DNA from: Candidatus Shapirobacteria bacterium CG_4_10_14_0_8_um_filter_39_15
GTDB lineage: Bacteria > Patescibacteriota > Microgenomatia > UM-FILTER-39-15
NCBI GenBank assembly: GCA_002784465.1
Contig: PFLE01000008.1
Span: 1 to 63,705, forward strand
DNA length: 63,705 bases
Direction of reading: 5' to 3'
A program made the position numbers and the translations under genes. This document shows positions 1 through 10,009 of the stretch, one piece after another; within the stretch, counting starts at the first letter, position 1, and each line of letters starts with the position of its first letter. The notes beneath the pieces are model-generated. The model was not told the origin of the DNA. It saw only the letters and a program-made list of their open reading frames with translations, and did no database searches.

Positions 1-86
1 GCCCTTTTTATTGACAATAAACCAAGAATATGTTATTCTAAAAATAGATCGGTTTGATCGCTGACCTCCAGGTAATCAGTCCTGAG

Positions 87-506
87 TTAAGCGGTCTTCA
101 GCCGATTTTTTGATTTTAAAAGCAGAGCCCCAATTTCTTCTAATCTAATATTCATATCTGCTTTAATTTTTCTATTACCGACCTTTCTTGCTAAATTATG
201 AGCCTTGGAAGTTTTACCAATATGACCGAATTGGATTGATGGCAGATTATTTATTTTTAAATCTTCGAGAGTCTTGTTTATTCTTTCAGCAATAAATTTT
301 TCGTGACCAAGATATTCATTATCAATTATTACTTTGTGTTTGATTCCTGCCTTTTTAATGATAAGAGCAATTAATATCGAAAATACCAATCTTCTTTTAT
401 TAGTTTTATTAAAAATTAGAGCGTATTGATTACTATTAGTAATTGCAATAACCGTATCAATACTTGTTTGTTCTATTTTCCCTGATTGATCAATTTCATA
501 AGTCAT
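87..506 (-). CDS. hypothetical protein, paralog of 17446..17994
   Basis: 139-aa ORF. N-terminus MTYEIDQSGKIEQT matches VYEIDQSGKIEQT of the ORF at 17446..17994. Family not recognised. Confidence 0.6.
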   Translation of the reverse strand: MTYEIDQSGKIEQTSIDTVIAITNSNQYALIFNKTNKRRLVFSILIALIIKKAGIKHKVIIDNEYLGHEKFIAERINKTLEDLKINNLPSIQFGHIGKTSKAHNLARKVGNRKIKADMNIRLEEIGALLLKSKNRLKTA

Positions 507-1016
507 TATTGAAGTATATCAATATTTTTTATTTGTTTTTAATTTGAAATCTGTTACAATCGCTTCGAAACAACTATCCAGAACATTGATTTACAGAAGG
601 TGTCAAGCTAGGACACCCTAAGGGTGTCCAATAAGAAGGGGGGAGAAATGATGTATTTGGAGTTAGCCAGCTGGATGGAATGTCGCCCAATACCAATCTG
701 TTTGTTTCATTGCATGTTTTTGGGACCGGTATGGTAGTGGTATTGCCATTTCCAATGAATGAATACCGCATTGATGAAAGTCGTTCTGTTTTTGACTACT
801 GTACGCAAAAGAAAATAGTAAGGAGGTGGACGTTTCCTGTTCGATTAATTTATTGTTTCGGTCCATCGTATGTTTTCTCTTTGGTTTCCTCAGAACTATT
901 CGACTCTGACATTACCAGGAAAAAGCTCAAAGCTTGCACTTGCTCATTGGCAAAAAAGGTACGAAAAACTCTATGTCGAAAGCGGGTTAAGTTGGAAAAA
1001 AGGATAACCTGTTGGT

Positions 1017-1056
1017 GGGGGAATTACTAGTTTTTAGTAAAACCCCCGCTTTTTCT
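1017..1056 (+). terminator. rho-independent terminator-like hairpin
   Basis: GGGGGAATTACTAG...AGTAAAACCCCC stem followed by GCTTTTT. It closes the ORF-poor region 540-1016. Confidence 0.5.
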
Positions 1057-1059
1057 CTC

Positions 1060-1087
1060 TTGACAACCCCCTGGGGGAGGGTATAAA
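1060..1087 (+). promoter_or_regulatory. sigma70-type promoter overlapping a CsoR-type operator
   Basis: TTGACA (1060-1065), 16-nt spacer, TATAAA (1082-1087). The spacer holds the GC palindrome CCCCCTGGGGG (1067-1077), directly upstream of csoR. Confidence 0.6.
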
Positions 1088-1113
1088 CTAATTTGAAATT
1101 TACAATTTGAAAT

Positions 1114-1389
1114 TTGAAAACTCCAATGGAAGACAATAAAGTTAAGAACCGGATGAATTATTTGATTGGCCATTTAAAGGCTAATGAGAAAATGGTGGAA
1201 GAGGGAAGATATTGTATTGATATTATTAGACAAAACCAGGCGGTGATTTCCGCGCTTCAAAAAGTAAATGAACTTATTTTGGATAATCATTTGCACAGTT
1301 GTGTTACTGATGCGATTAGAAGTAAAAACGAAAAAGAGAGGGCGCGGGTTTTGAAAGAGATAATGGAAGTTTTTGAAGAGAAAAAGTGA
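1114..1389 (+). CDS. csoR: CsoR/RcnR-family metal-sensing transcriptional repressor
   Basis: 91 aa. Carries the C...H-x3-C ligand pattern (RYCID ... NHLHSC) and sits upstream of the copper ATPase module. Confidence 0.85.
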   Translation: MKTPMEDNKVKNRMNYLIGHLKANEKMVEEGRYCIDIIRQNQAVISALQKVNELILDNHLHSCVTDAIRSKNEKERARVLKEIMEVFEEKK

Positions 1390-1525
1390 CCCGCAGGTCA
1401 TCCTCGCGAAAGCGGGGAACTATACAAACAATAGGATTATTTATATTGATTCCCGATAGCGAATCGAAGATTCGATATATCAGTTCTTCGAACTGCTATC
1501 AGGTCGGGAATGACAACTAAACCAA

Positions 1526-2992
1526 ATGCAAAAAACAACATACAAAGTCCAGGGAATGCATTGTGGTTCATGCGAATTGCTGATTGAGGAAAAACTTATT
1601 GCTTTGCCGGGGGTAAAACAAGCAAAAGCCTCAACCCCTAAAGGAGAAGTGGAGTTGATTGGGGAAAGTAATCTACCTTCGGAAAAACAAGTGAATGATA
1701 TATTAAAAGAAATGGGTTATTCGTGTCAAATCGGGGGAAACCCCCCTGAACCTGAAAGCAATAATCAGGAAAAGATTACTTCCATTGCGATTGCGGGTTT
1801 GGTTTTTGCAATCTTTCTTCTGTTAAATCAATTAGGTTTTTCCAGTTTGGTAAATGTTTCTTCTTCTTCGGCCTTGCCAGCCTTCTTTCTTTTTGGTTTA
1901 CTGGCCGGTTTTTCAACCTGCGCTGCTTTAACAGGGGGAATTGTCCTTTCGATGTCTCAATCGTGGCAAGGCAAATCAATGACCCCTCATTTGCTTTTTA
2001 ATTTGGGGCGTTTGGGGGCTTATGGGGTTTTGGGGGCTTTATTAGGAATCGTTGGTAACCAGCTTCAAATGTCTCCGCTTTTTAATGCTTTACTGGTGAT
2101 TGGAGTCTCTGTTTTTATGATTTTAAATGGCTTAAAAATGTTTGGTGTGAAGGCTTTAAGCGGTTTCCAAATTGGTTTGCCAAAATCTTTAACCAAAAAT
2201 GCGATGAATCAGCGAATGCCCTTAATTATGGGGGCGCTGACGATTTTATTGCCTTGCGGATTTACGATTACTACGGAAAGCTTAGCATTAATTTCAAAAA
2301 ATCCGGTTCAGGGTGCATTAATTATGGCCTTATTTGCCTTAGGAACAGCGCCGGGATTATTAGCAATTGGCTATTCGTCAGTCAAAATGGGTAATTCTTC
2401 AAACGCAGTTGTATTTTCAAAAGTTGCTGGGGCTTTGGTATTGATGTTTGCACTATTCAACATCAATAATCAATTAAATGTATTAGGAGTTACTGTTCCT
2501 GCAGGAATTAATATTAATACAGGGGCTAATGGGCAAGTGCAGTCCGCCGCCGCGGTTGAGGGTTTGGCTCCGGTAGTAAACGGAAAACAATTATTAAAAA
2601 TGAATGCCAGCTCAACTGGATACACCCCGAATAAATTTGTAGTAAAGGCTGGAGTTCCTGTCCACTGGGAAATTACCGATACCGGAACCAGCGGCTGCAC
2701 GAATGCGATTATTTCCAACAGCCTATTTGAAGGGTCAATTCCTTTAACCAATGGTCAAGTGAGCGTTAAGGAGTTTACGCCGACAAAAGCAGGAAAATTC
2801 CGATTCAGCTGTTGGATGGGGATGGTCTCGGGGGTGATAGAAGTAGTTGATGTATCGGGGAATTCGGGGTCTTCTGGAAAATCAGGAACTTCGGCTAATA
2901 ATGTTGCTGCCGCGGCGGCGGAAATTCCTTCGGGGGCAAAAGGCTGCGGATGTGGAGGAGGCGGTGGGTCAAGCTGTGGAGGAAGTAGATAA
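1526..2992 (+). CDS. HMA domain / DsbD_2 (TauE-SafE-like) membrane domain / cupredoxin-like domain protein with a Cys-Gly tail
   Basis: N-terminal [12 protein letters not shown] metal-binding motif, multi-TM core with GFSTCA and LPCG, C-terminal cupredoxin-like segment, and a tail [14 protein letters not shown]. Confidence 0.7.
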   Translation: MQKTTYKVQGMHCGSCELLIEEKLIALPGVKQAKASTPKGEVELIGESNLPSEKQVNDILKEMGYSCQIGGNPPEPESNNQEKITSIAIAGLVFAIFLLLNQLGFSSLVNVSSSSALPAFFLFGLLAGFSTCAALTGGIVLSMSQSWQGKSMTPHLLFNLGRLGAYGVLGALLGIVGNQLQMSPLFNALLVIGVSVFMILNGLKMFGVKALSGFQIGLPKSLTKNAMNQRMPLIMGALTILLPCGFTITTESLALISKNPVQGALIMALFALGTAPGLLAIGYSSVKMGNSSNAVVFSKVAGALVLMFALFNINNQLNVLGVTVPAGININTGANGQVQSAAAVEGLAPVVNGKQLLKMNASSTGYTPNKFVVKAGVPVHWEITDTGTSGCTNAIISNSLFEGSIPLTNGQVSVKEFTPTKAGKFRFSCWMGMVSGVIEVVDVSGNSGSSGKSGTSANNVAAAAAEIPSGAKGCGCGGGGGSSCGGSR

Positions 2993-5375
2993 TGGAAAAT
3001 ATAAAATTAAATATTACCGGTATGCATTGTGCTTCATGCGCGCTGCTCATAGAAAGATCCTTAAAAAAAGTAGAAGGGGTAAAAGAAGCGAGTGTTAATT
3101 ATGCGGCTGAAAAAGCCCTTGTCAATGCTAGAGAGGGGGTTTTGGCAGAAGCCCTTATTCAAGCAGTCAAAAATGCCGGTTATTCCGCGACTGTTTTTGA
3201 TGAAAAAAATACCCAATTTGAAAGCCAAAAGCGGCAAGAAGAAATAAACGCCCTTTGGAATAAGTTTAGGATAAGCCTCATTTTTAGTTCTCCGATGATT
3301 TATTTTATGCTTTTTGATTTTTTCCCTGGTTTAATCGGCGCGAAATCGTTATTACCGTTCGTAGGAATAGTCTCCTTAATTCTTGCCACCCCGGTACAGT
3401 TTATTATTGGAAAAGATTTTTATAAAGGAATGTGGTCGGCTTTGCGGATGAGAACTTTTAATATGGATTCATTAATTGCGATCGGTACATCCGTGGCTTA
3501 TTTTTACAGCATTATAAATTATGGAGCATATTATATCGCAAACAAGACTTTAATCGGTTTAATGGGGCAAAAAATTCCCGAGCTCTATTTTGAAACCGCC
3601 GCCTTTTTAATTACGTTCGTGGTTCTGGGAAAATTCCTTGAGGCGAAAGCAAAAGGAAGGACTTCGGAAGCAATAAAAAAACTGATGGGGCTTCAGGCGA
3701 AAACCGCAAGGGTAATTGGGGGTGATAAGGGAAATAAGGGAGATATTCCAATCGATCAGGTTGAGAAGGGAGATATTATTTTGGTAAGACCGGGAGAAAA
3801 AGTTCCGGTTGATGGAATAATAAAGAAGGGTTCCTCGGCGGTTGATGAGTCAATGATTACCGGAGAAAGTATGCCGGTGGAAAAAACCGTTGACAGCCGG
3901 GTTATCGGGGGAACGATAAATAAAAATGGCAGTTTTGAATTTATGGCCGATCGGGTTGGTGGAGAAACGACTCTTGCCCAGATCATTCGCTTAGTCGAAG
4001 AAGCCCAAGGATCAAAAGCACCGATTCAGGGAGTGGCCGACAGAATATCTGCCTACTTTGTGCCTGCTGTTATTGGTATAGCCATTTTAACCTTTGGAAT
4101 TTGGTATTTTGCGCTTGGTGCTTCATTGTCTTTCGCCCTAATGGCTTTTACTTCGGTAATCGTCATCGCTTGTCCGTGTGCTTTAGGGTTAGCAACTCCT
4201 ACTGCAATTATGGTTGGAACCGGTAAGGGCGCGGAAAACGGGATTCTAATCAAAGGGGGGGAACCATTGAAATGGCCGGGAAAATTGACACGATTATTTT
4301 TGATAAAACGGGAACGTTAACTAATGGTAAACCAGTTGTTACAGATGTTATTCCCGTAGAAGATTCTTCGCCTTCGGCTCAGAATGACATTCTACAGTTT
4401 GCCGCCAGTTTGGAAAAACAATCGGAACATCCGCTGGCGGAGGCGATTTATAACTATGCCAAAGAAGAAGGAATCAAATTTGAGGAAGTTAAAGATTTCA
4501 AGGCGATTCCCGGAAAGGGCGTGTCAGGAAAGATGGGGAAAATCAGGGTTGATTTGGGAAACAGAGAAATGATGAAAGGGAATGGAATTACGATCGGGAA
4601 AGAAACAGAGTTAGAGATGGAAAAATTAGAAAATCAGGGGAAGACGGTAATGATGATTGCTGTCGATAAAAAACTGGCTGGTTTAATTGCGGTTGCCGAT
4701 ACAATTAAGGAAACAACGCGGGAAGCGATTGAAAGATTGGAAAGAAAGGGAATTGATCTGTACATGATAACCGGTGACAATCAGCGGACCGCGAAGGCAA
4801 TTGCCTCGCAAGTCGGAATAGAGGCGGATCATGTATTTGCAGAAGTACTTCCAGAGGGGAAATCAGAAATAATTAAAAATTTAAAATTAAAAATTAAAAA
4901 TTCCCATCGAAGATGGGTTGCCATGGTTGGTGATGGGATAAACGATGCTCCGGCATTGGCTCAAGCGGATTTGGGAATTGCCATGGGATCGGGAACGGAT
5001 GTGGCCCTGGAAACCGGCGGGATTGTGATTATGAAGAATGATTTAAGGGATGTTAATCACGCGATCCAGCTGGCGAAAGAAACCATGGGAAAGATTAAAC
5101 AGAATATGTTTTTTGCTCTTTTTTATAACGTGATGGGGATTCCGATTGCGGCGCGGGTTTTCTCCGGTGTTGGAATTATTTTACGGCCGGAGTTGGCAGG
5201 TTTGGCCATGGCCTTAAGCTCAATTTCTGTTGTCAGCAACTCCTTATTGCTGCGCAATTACCGACACGGTAAGGTTAACTATCTTTCGGCGGTTGCACCG
5301 GCAGCGATGATCCTTATTTTTTCTTTGTTGTTTTTCCAATTTGCCCGTTTAAGCTCGACAACGATACGAAAGTGA
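2992..5375 (+). pseudogene. copA: copper-translocating P-type ATPase CopA, split into ORFs 2992..4320 and 4272..5375 by a -1 frame change at a G7 run
   Basis: HMA motif [14 protein letters not shown] motif ([11 protein letters not shown]), DKTGTLT in the second ORF, and GDGINDAPAL. The frames join if the G7 run at 4255-4261 is read as G8. Confidence 0.85.
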
Positions 5376-5568
5376 TCATGACATTAATATTACTATTTTA
5401 ACCACGATCGTGGTAATAATTGCAACATATGCTAGCTAGATTGATAATTGTTGATTGCTGGGGAAACGGAGGTTGAGGATATTAGGGATTTTGGGGAGAA
5501 AAGAAAAAAGGGGTAAGGCGAGTCCGTCTCATTGCGATGAGCCGAGATTCATTCTTGCCCCAGATAGT

Positions 5569-5871
5569 CTAGATCGGTGAGGTGCGGAAATGAGCTTCGC
5601 TTGCCATCATCTTGTACGGTTCCATCAGTTCGTCAATAGCATCAAGCAACGCTGTTGTCGCCGTTACTTGTTGGTTAAATGATCCGCGTTGGTTTGTGAC
5701 AATCGCCACAATGAAAGTGTGCCGGTCGATTTTGCCTTGGACATAGTCGGTATAAACATCGCCCAGGTTTTTGCCGTATTTATTTATTGCTTCTGTTCTT
5801 TGTGCTGCTTGTTTCCGTTCCTTAGCTTCCTGTTTCTGCTTTTCCTCAAACTTCGTTTTTGCCCACGCCAT
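5569..5871 (-). CDS. hypothetical protein
   Basis: 100-aa ORF, Lys/Glu-rich N-terminus, locally higher GC. No recognisable family. Confidence 0.45.
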   Translation of the reverse strand: MAWAKTKFEEKQKQEAKERKQAAQRTEAINKYGKNLGDVYTDYVQGKIDRHTFIVAIVTNQRGSFNQQVTATTALLDAIDELMEPYKMMASEAHFRTSPI

Positions 5872-6023
5872 CTTTTTCCTCCTTATTAATCAACGTTCTG
5901 AACACAATTTTGTTCAACTGGGAGGGAGTATAGGACAAATTAAGTAATTAGTAAAGAGTAATTAGTAATTAGGAATTGCTTGCCCTGAGATTTTCGAAGG
6001 GTTAGATTGTTACGATTATATAT

Positions 6024-6141
6024 GAAGTAAAACAGTAGATCAGTTTATCGGGTTAAGTAAATCAGAGAACAGAGTATCAGCAAAAAACTGGTTTCAGATC
6101 TCTGATCTCTTATCCTGATTTTACTGATTAATTGATAATCT
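6024..6141. repeat. CAGTAAATCAG-word imperfect palindrome (family P1)
   Basis: The left arm (GTTAAGTAAATCAGAGAACAGAGTATCAG) is mirrored by the right arm (CTGATCTCTTATCCTGATTTTACTGAT). Confidence 0.7.
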
Positions 6142-6166
6142 CGTTTGTATTCTGGTAGAATAAGGT

Positions 6167-7024
6167 ATGTCTGCTCAAATTAGGGTAATGAATGCTGCCG
6201 GAGAATATGAACCGTATGAGGAAGAAAAAGTCAGAAGCTCTTTGGCGCGGGCGGAAGCGGATGGGGTTTTTCAAGATAGAATAGTTGAGCATTTGCGGAC
6301 AAAACTTTACGACGGCATTCCCACGAAAGTTGTTTATAAAGAAATTCTTCATCTGCTTAAAAAATTAAAGTCGTCCTTGGCCTCGCGCTATCATTTAAAG
6401 CAGGCAATTATGGAATTGGGACCGACCGGTTTTCCTTTTGAAAAATATTTTGCCGGAGTATTGGAATCTTACGGATATAAAACGGTTACTAATGATTATA
6501 TTCGTGGAAAATGTGTCACTCATGAGATTGATATAGTTGCATGGAAAGAAGATTGCCACGTCGCTGCGGCTCCTCGCAATGACATTGCCGCGCTCGGGAT
6601 GACTTCGTCAAAAATAATGATTGAGTGCAAGTTTCATCACGAACCCGGGGTCCGGTCGGATATTAAAGACGGTCTTTATACCTATGCCAGATTTTTAGAT
6701 ATTAAAGAAAACGGGTTTGATGAAATTTGGCTGGTGACGAACACTAAAGCGACTTCGGAATTGGTTGCCTACGGCAACTGCGCCGGCTTAAAAGTAATCA
6801 GCTGGAATTATCCGGAGGATTTTAGCTTGCGACTGCTGGTTAGTCAAAAGAAGCTTCACCCGATTACGGTTTTAAATTCTTTATCTTCAGTTGATAAACA
6901 AATTCTTTTGGCTAACAATATTATTTTTTGTTACGAATTATTAAATCCTAAAGTTAATTGTTTGCCAAAAGATGCCTTGATAAAGGCGCAAAATGAGGCA
7001 AGGTTGGTGATAGGAACCAATTAA
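6167..7024 (+). CDS. ATP-cone domain fused to a Mrr-like PD-(D/E)xK restriction endonuclease-like domain
   Basis: N-terminal ATP-cone-like 90 aa. Nuclease motifs HEIDIVA ... IECK. An in-frame repeat-derived segment CHVAAAPRNDIAALGMTSS lies at about 6545-6610. Confidence 0.65.
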   Translation: MSAQIRVMNAAGEYEPYEEEKVRSSLARAEADGVFQDRIVEHLRTKLYDGIPTKVVYKEILHLLKKLKSSLASRYHLKQAIMELGPTGFPFEKYFAGVLESYGYKTVTNDYIRGKCVTHEIDIVAWKEDCHVAAAPRNDIAALGMTSSKIMIECKFHHEPGVRSDIKDGLYTYARFLDIKENGFDEIWLVTNTKATSELVAYGNCAGLKVISWNYPEDFSLRLLVSQKKLHPITVLNSLSSVDKQILLANNIIFCYELLNPKVNCLPKDALIKAQNEARLVIGTN

Positions 7025-7133
7025 GATTATCAGTTGATCAGATTATCAGGATAAGAAATCAGAGATCGGAGATCAGTAATATTTTACTGATATTCTGTTC
7101 TCGGGTTTACTTAACCAGATTTTCTGATGCACT
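7025..7133. repeat. family P1 imperfect palindrome
   Basis: CAGTTGATCAGATTATCAGGATAAGAAATCAGAGATCGG ... CTGATATTCTGTTCTCGGGTTTACTTAACCAGATTTTCTGATG. Confidence 0.7.
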
Positions 7134-7165
7134 GCCTTACTATTGAAGGGAGGTGAACAATATTT

Positions 7166-7927
7166 ATGTTTGATTTAACAGGAAAAAAAGCATTAGTGAC
7201 GGGTGGATCCCGGGGAATTGGCCGGGGAATTGCGATCTGCTTGGCAAAGCAGGGGGCTGACGTGGCCATTAATTATCATTCCAAAAAAGACGAAGCCGAA
7301 GTGGTCGCGGCTAAAATTAAAGCCATGGGACGCGAAGCATTTACGGTTCAGGCTGATGTTTCTAAAACAGAGGACGTCGTTAGAATGTTTGCTGAAGTAA
7401 TGGCAAAATGGGGAAAGCTTGATATTTTGGCAAACAATGCAGGAATCGCACCAGTAGCAACCTCGATTGATCAGACGACTGACGAACAGTGGGACTCGAT
7501 AATTAACATAAATCTAAAAGGTCAATTTCTTTGCGCCAGGGAGGCGGTGAAAGTGATGAAGCCCGGTTCAAAAATTATTAATACGGCCTCGATCGCCTCC
7601 GGAGGAGTCGGCGGCGGTTTTGGAGGATTAGCCAGTTACGTTGCTTCCAAAGGAGGAGTAGTGGGGTTAACAGAGGATTTGGCCGTTGATTGCGGATCAA
7701 AAGGAATTAATGTCAATGCCGTGGCTCCCGGAATAATTGAAACGGACATGACCAAAGAATTCATTGGTAATCCGGATGTTGCCAAAGGCTTTATTGCCCA
7801 TATCCCTAAAGGAAGATTCGGCAAACCGGAAGATATTGGGGCAGCAGTAGCCTTTTTAGCATCCGACGAAGCGGATTACATTACCGGGGCGGTAATTTAT
7901 GTTGACGGGGGATGGTTGGCGGCATAA
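7166..7927 (+). CDS. SDR-family oxidoreductase (FabG / glucose dehydrogenase-like)
   Basis: TGGSRGIGRGIA Rossmann motif, NNAGI, and the YxxxK motif (YVASKGG). Confidence 0.9.
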   Translation: MFDLTGKKALVTGGSRGIGRGIAICLAKQGADVAINYHSKKDEAEVVAAKIKAMGREAFTVQADVSKTEDVVRMFAEVMAKWGKLDILANNAGIAPVATSIDQTTDEQWDSIININLKGQFLCAREAVKVMKPGSKIINTASIASGGVGGGFGGLASYVASKGGVVGLTEDLAVDCGSKGINVNAVAPGIIETDMTKEFIGNPDVAKGFIAHIPKGRFGKPEDIGAAVAFLASDEADYITGAVIYVDGGWLAA

Positions 7928-8091
7928 TTACCAAAAACAATTGTTAGATTGTTATATTGCTATATTGTTAGCCTGACGGCAGAATTTTTTCCCAAAAAAA
8001 ACGCGCGGCTTTGCTCTTGATTCACCTTTCGGTAAGTCAAAAACTAGTTTCGCGCGTCGTAGTGCATTTGTGATGCGGATGGTGGAAAGGT

Positions 8092-8671
8092 TTAGCGCGG
8101 GTCGGCGCAGGATTCCCAGATGCCGGCTGCGTTCTTCTTCTGCCAGTGATGGTGGGTTTCAAAGATGCCGTCGCCGTCTGCCCAGAAAGAAAGGAATTTG
8201 TCGTCTTTGTGCGAGACCCGTGGATATTGCCGACGCAATTGCTCGAGATCGTCTCCCTCCCATTCGACTTTTCCTTCACTTTCCGGTTCGCCGACGTTGT
8301 TCATTGTTGCAAGAACTCGGTATGTGACGGGTGCGAGGCGGTTGGCGATGATTTCGACGAACTTGTCGTAGCGGGACTTGAAGTCCCAGGGACAGGCTTT
8401 GTCGCCCTTCAAGTCCGTCCGCCCTTTCGAACACGATCAGATCGTCCTGCTTGGGATCGCCCATACGGTAGGTTTTACCCTGCGAGACAACAGTCGCCTT
8501 ATCGGAAAACTTAGGCTGAGTTTTGCCCGCGATAAGGAACTGTCCATCGTTGTAATGGAAGAACAACTGTTCGGTTCCACCGTCAACGAGGATAAACCCA
8601 TAACGCTTGTCTGGCCGGGTGTCAAAGAACTTTACCTTACCCGTTTCCATCGTTTTCTCCTTTTCACTCAC
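8092..8671 (-). pseudogene. cold-shock-domain-like protein, apparently frameshifted (ORFs 8276..8671 and 8092..8412)
   Basis: The N-terminal GKVKFFDTRPDKRYGFI is CSD-like. After about 8410 the protein-like sequence continues in another frame (KGDKACPWDFKSRYDKFVEII). The region is clearly GC-richer than its surroundings. Confidence 0.45.
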
Positions 8672-8888
8672 TCACTCTTTACTCACCCTAGTTCGGTGCC
8701 TAGCTGCTTACCAAAGATTGATAAACAATTAGCCACCTAACTTTGGGAGTAATTAATCCGTAATCATTTAAAGTGCAAATCTAATTAACCATATAAATGG
8801 TAGCATAAAAGAGGCCAAAAGTCAAGAGTTATAGGACTTTGGAAATTGTTATATTGCTAGATTGCTATATTGCTAGAATGCCTCGAAA

Positions 8889-8955
8889 GTAAAACAGAAA
8901 ACAGATTATCGGTTTTACTGATCTCTTGTCCGGATATTCTGATTTACTGATACTC
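8889..8955. repeat. family P1 element (short copy)
   Basis: AAAACAGAAAACAGATTATCGG ... CCGGATATTCTGATTTACTGATAC. Confidence 0.55.
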
Positions 8956-8981
8956 TTTATTTAACGCAAACGCCTGGCAGA

Positions 8982-9254
8982 TTAAGCCTTGCTTGTTTGA
9001 AGTTTTTCCATGAGCCAGATTCTTGCTAGGGAAGAGACGCTTAAACCCTTGCTTTTAGCAACTTTTTCCAGTTTATTTTTAACCTCTTTTTGAAGGCGTA
9101 AAATTAAAGTTTCTTGTTTAGGTTTTTGAAGATCAAATACAATATCAACATCCTTAAACTCGTCCCAATAATCAGAAAGGCTGTGAGTGTCCCAAAATTT
9201 AGCCTCTTCTTCTATTGTCTTAAATTTTGGAATTCTACTTTTTCTCTTGGTCAT
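8982..9254 (-). CDS. BrnA/CopG-like antitoxin
   Basis: MTKRKSRIPKFKTIEEEAKFWDTHSLSDYWDEF followed by a C-terminal ribbon-helix-helix-like segment. The ORF track extends it to 9284, but the ATG at 9254 overlaps the upstream toxin ORF. Confidence 0.65.
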   Translation of the reverse strand: MTKRKSRIPKFKTIEEEAKFWDTHSLSDYWDEFKDVDIVFDLQKPKQETLILRLQKEVKNKLEKVAKSKGLSVSSLARIWLMEKLQTSKA

Positions 9255-9513
9255 ATAATATTTTCCTTTCTTTTTTATCCGCATCTCTAGTTGTTATTAT
9301 ATAGTATTTATTCGACTCTTCTTTGGCAACAACCATTGATTAAATTCTGTTTCCACTTCTACCAATCAGTACAATTCTACCCTTATATCCTTTTCGATGC
9401 GCGTGAACTTTTTCAATAGATTCCTCAACTTCCTGTTTCTCCACCTTGTGTTTTTTAAGGTGTTCGATATTCCATTCGTCCCAAATTAACTGGCTTATTT
9501 TTATCCTAGTCAT
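9235..9513 (-). pseudogene. BrnT/DUF497-like toxin with an in-frame TAA
   Basis: Reads MTRIKISQLIWDEWNIEHLKKHKV...GRSGNRI, then stop, then SMVVAKEESNKYYIITTRDADKKERK, all in one frame. The stop is at 9340-9342. The 3' end overlaps the antitoxin start. Confidence 0.55.
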
Positions 9514-9624
9514 ATTGTATTACATATGTATTACAATTGTCAAGATCCTTTTCGAGATTATTTGTAGATAAATCTTACCATAAAATTAAGGACTAGTAAT
9601 TAGTGGTTAGGATTTGGTAAAATA

Positions 9625-9951
9625 TTGCTTGTGGAACAAACATTTACCGATGCAAATTTTGATACAGAGGTTTTGAAATCCGATTTGCCGGTTTTAGTCG
9701 ACGCATGGGCAAGTTGGTGTGGCCCTTGTTTGATGTTAGCCCCCATTATTGAGGAATTGGCAAAAGAGCTTGAAGGTAAAGTAAAAGTGGGGAAGATGAA
9801 TGTGGATGAAAATCCGGAAACGCCGAGTAAATTCGGTATTATGAGTATTCCGACCGTGATCTTATTTAAAGAGGGGAAAGAGGTTGGAAGACAAGTGGGG
9901 TTTGGAGGAAAAGAAGTATACCTTAAACTTTTGGAAGAAGTTAAAATTTAA
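9625..9951 (+). CDS. trxA: thioredoxin
   Basis: WCGPC active site, 108 aa. Confidence 0.9.
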   Translation: MLVEQTFTDANFDTEVLKSDLPVLVDAWASWCGPCLMLAPIIEELAKELEGKVKVGKMNVDENPETPSKFGIMSIPTVILFKEGKEVGRQVGFGGKEVYLKLLEEVKI

Positions 9952-10009
9952 AAGTTAAAAGTCAAAATTTCAAGTCAAAATTAAAAAGTTTAGAACCTCC
10001 TTTTGATTT

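Noticed and set aside
680-1030. 116-aa ORF in the first intergenic region
   Set aside because: Cys/Arg/Phe-rich implausible sequence with no start context. The region is treated as non-coding.
8037-8740. Stack of six overlapping ORFs on both strands
   Set aside because: This is a GC-rich region where all frames stay open. Only the minus-strand CSD-like reading (in two frames) looks protein-like.
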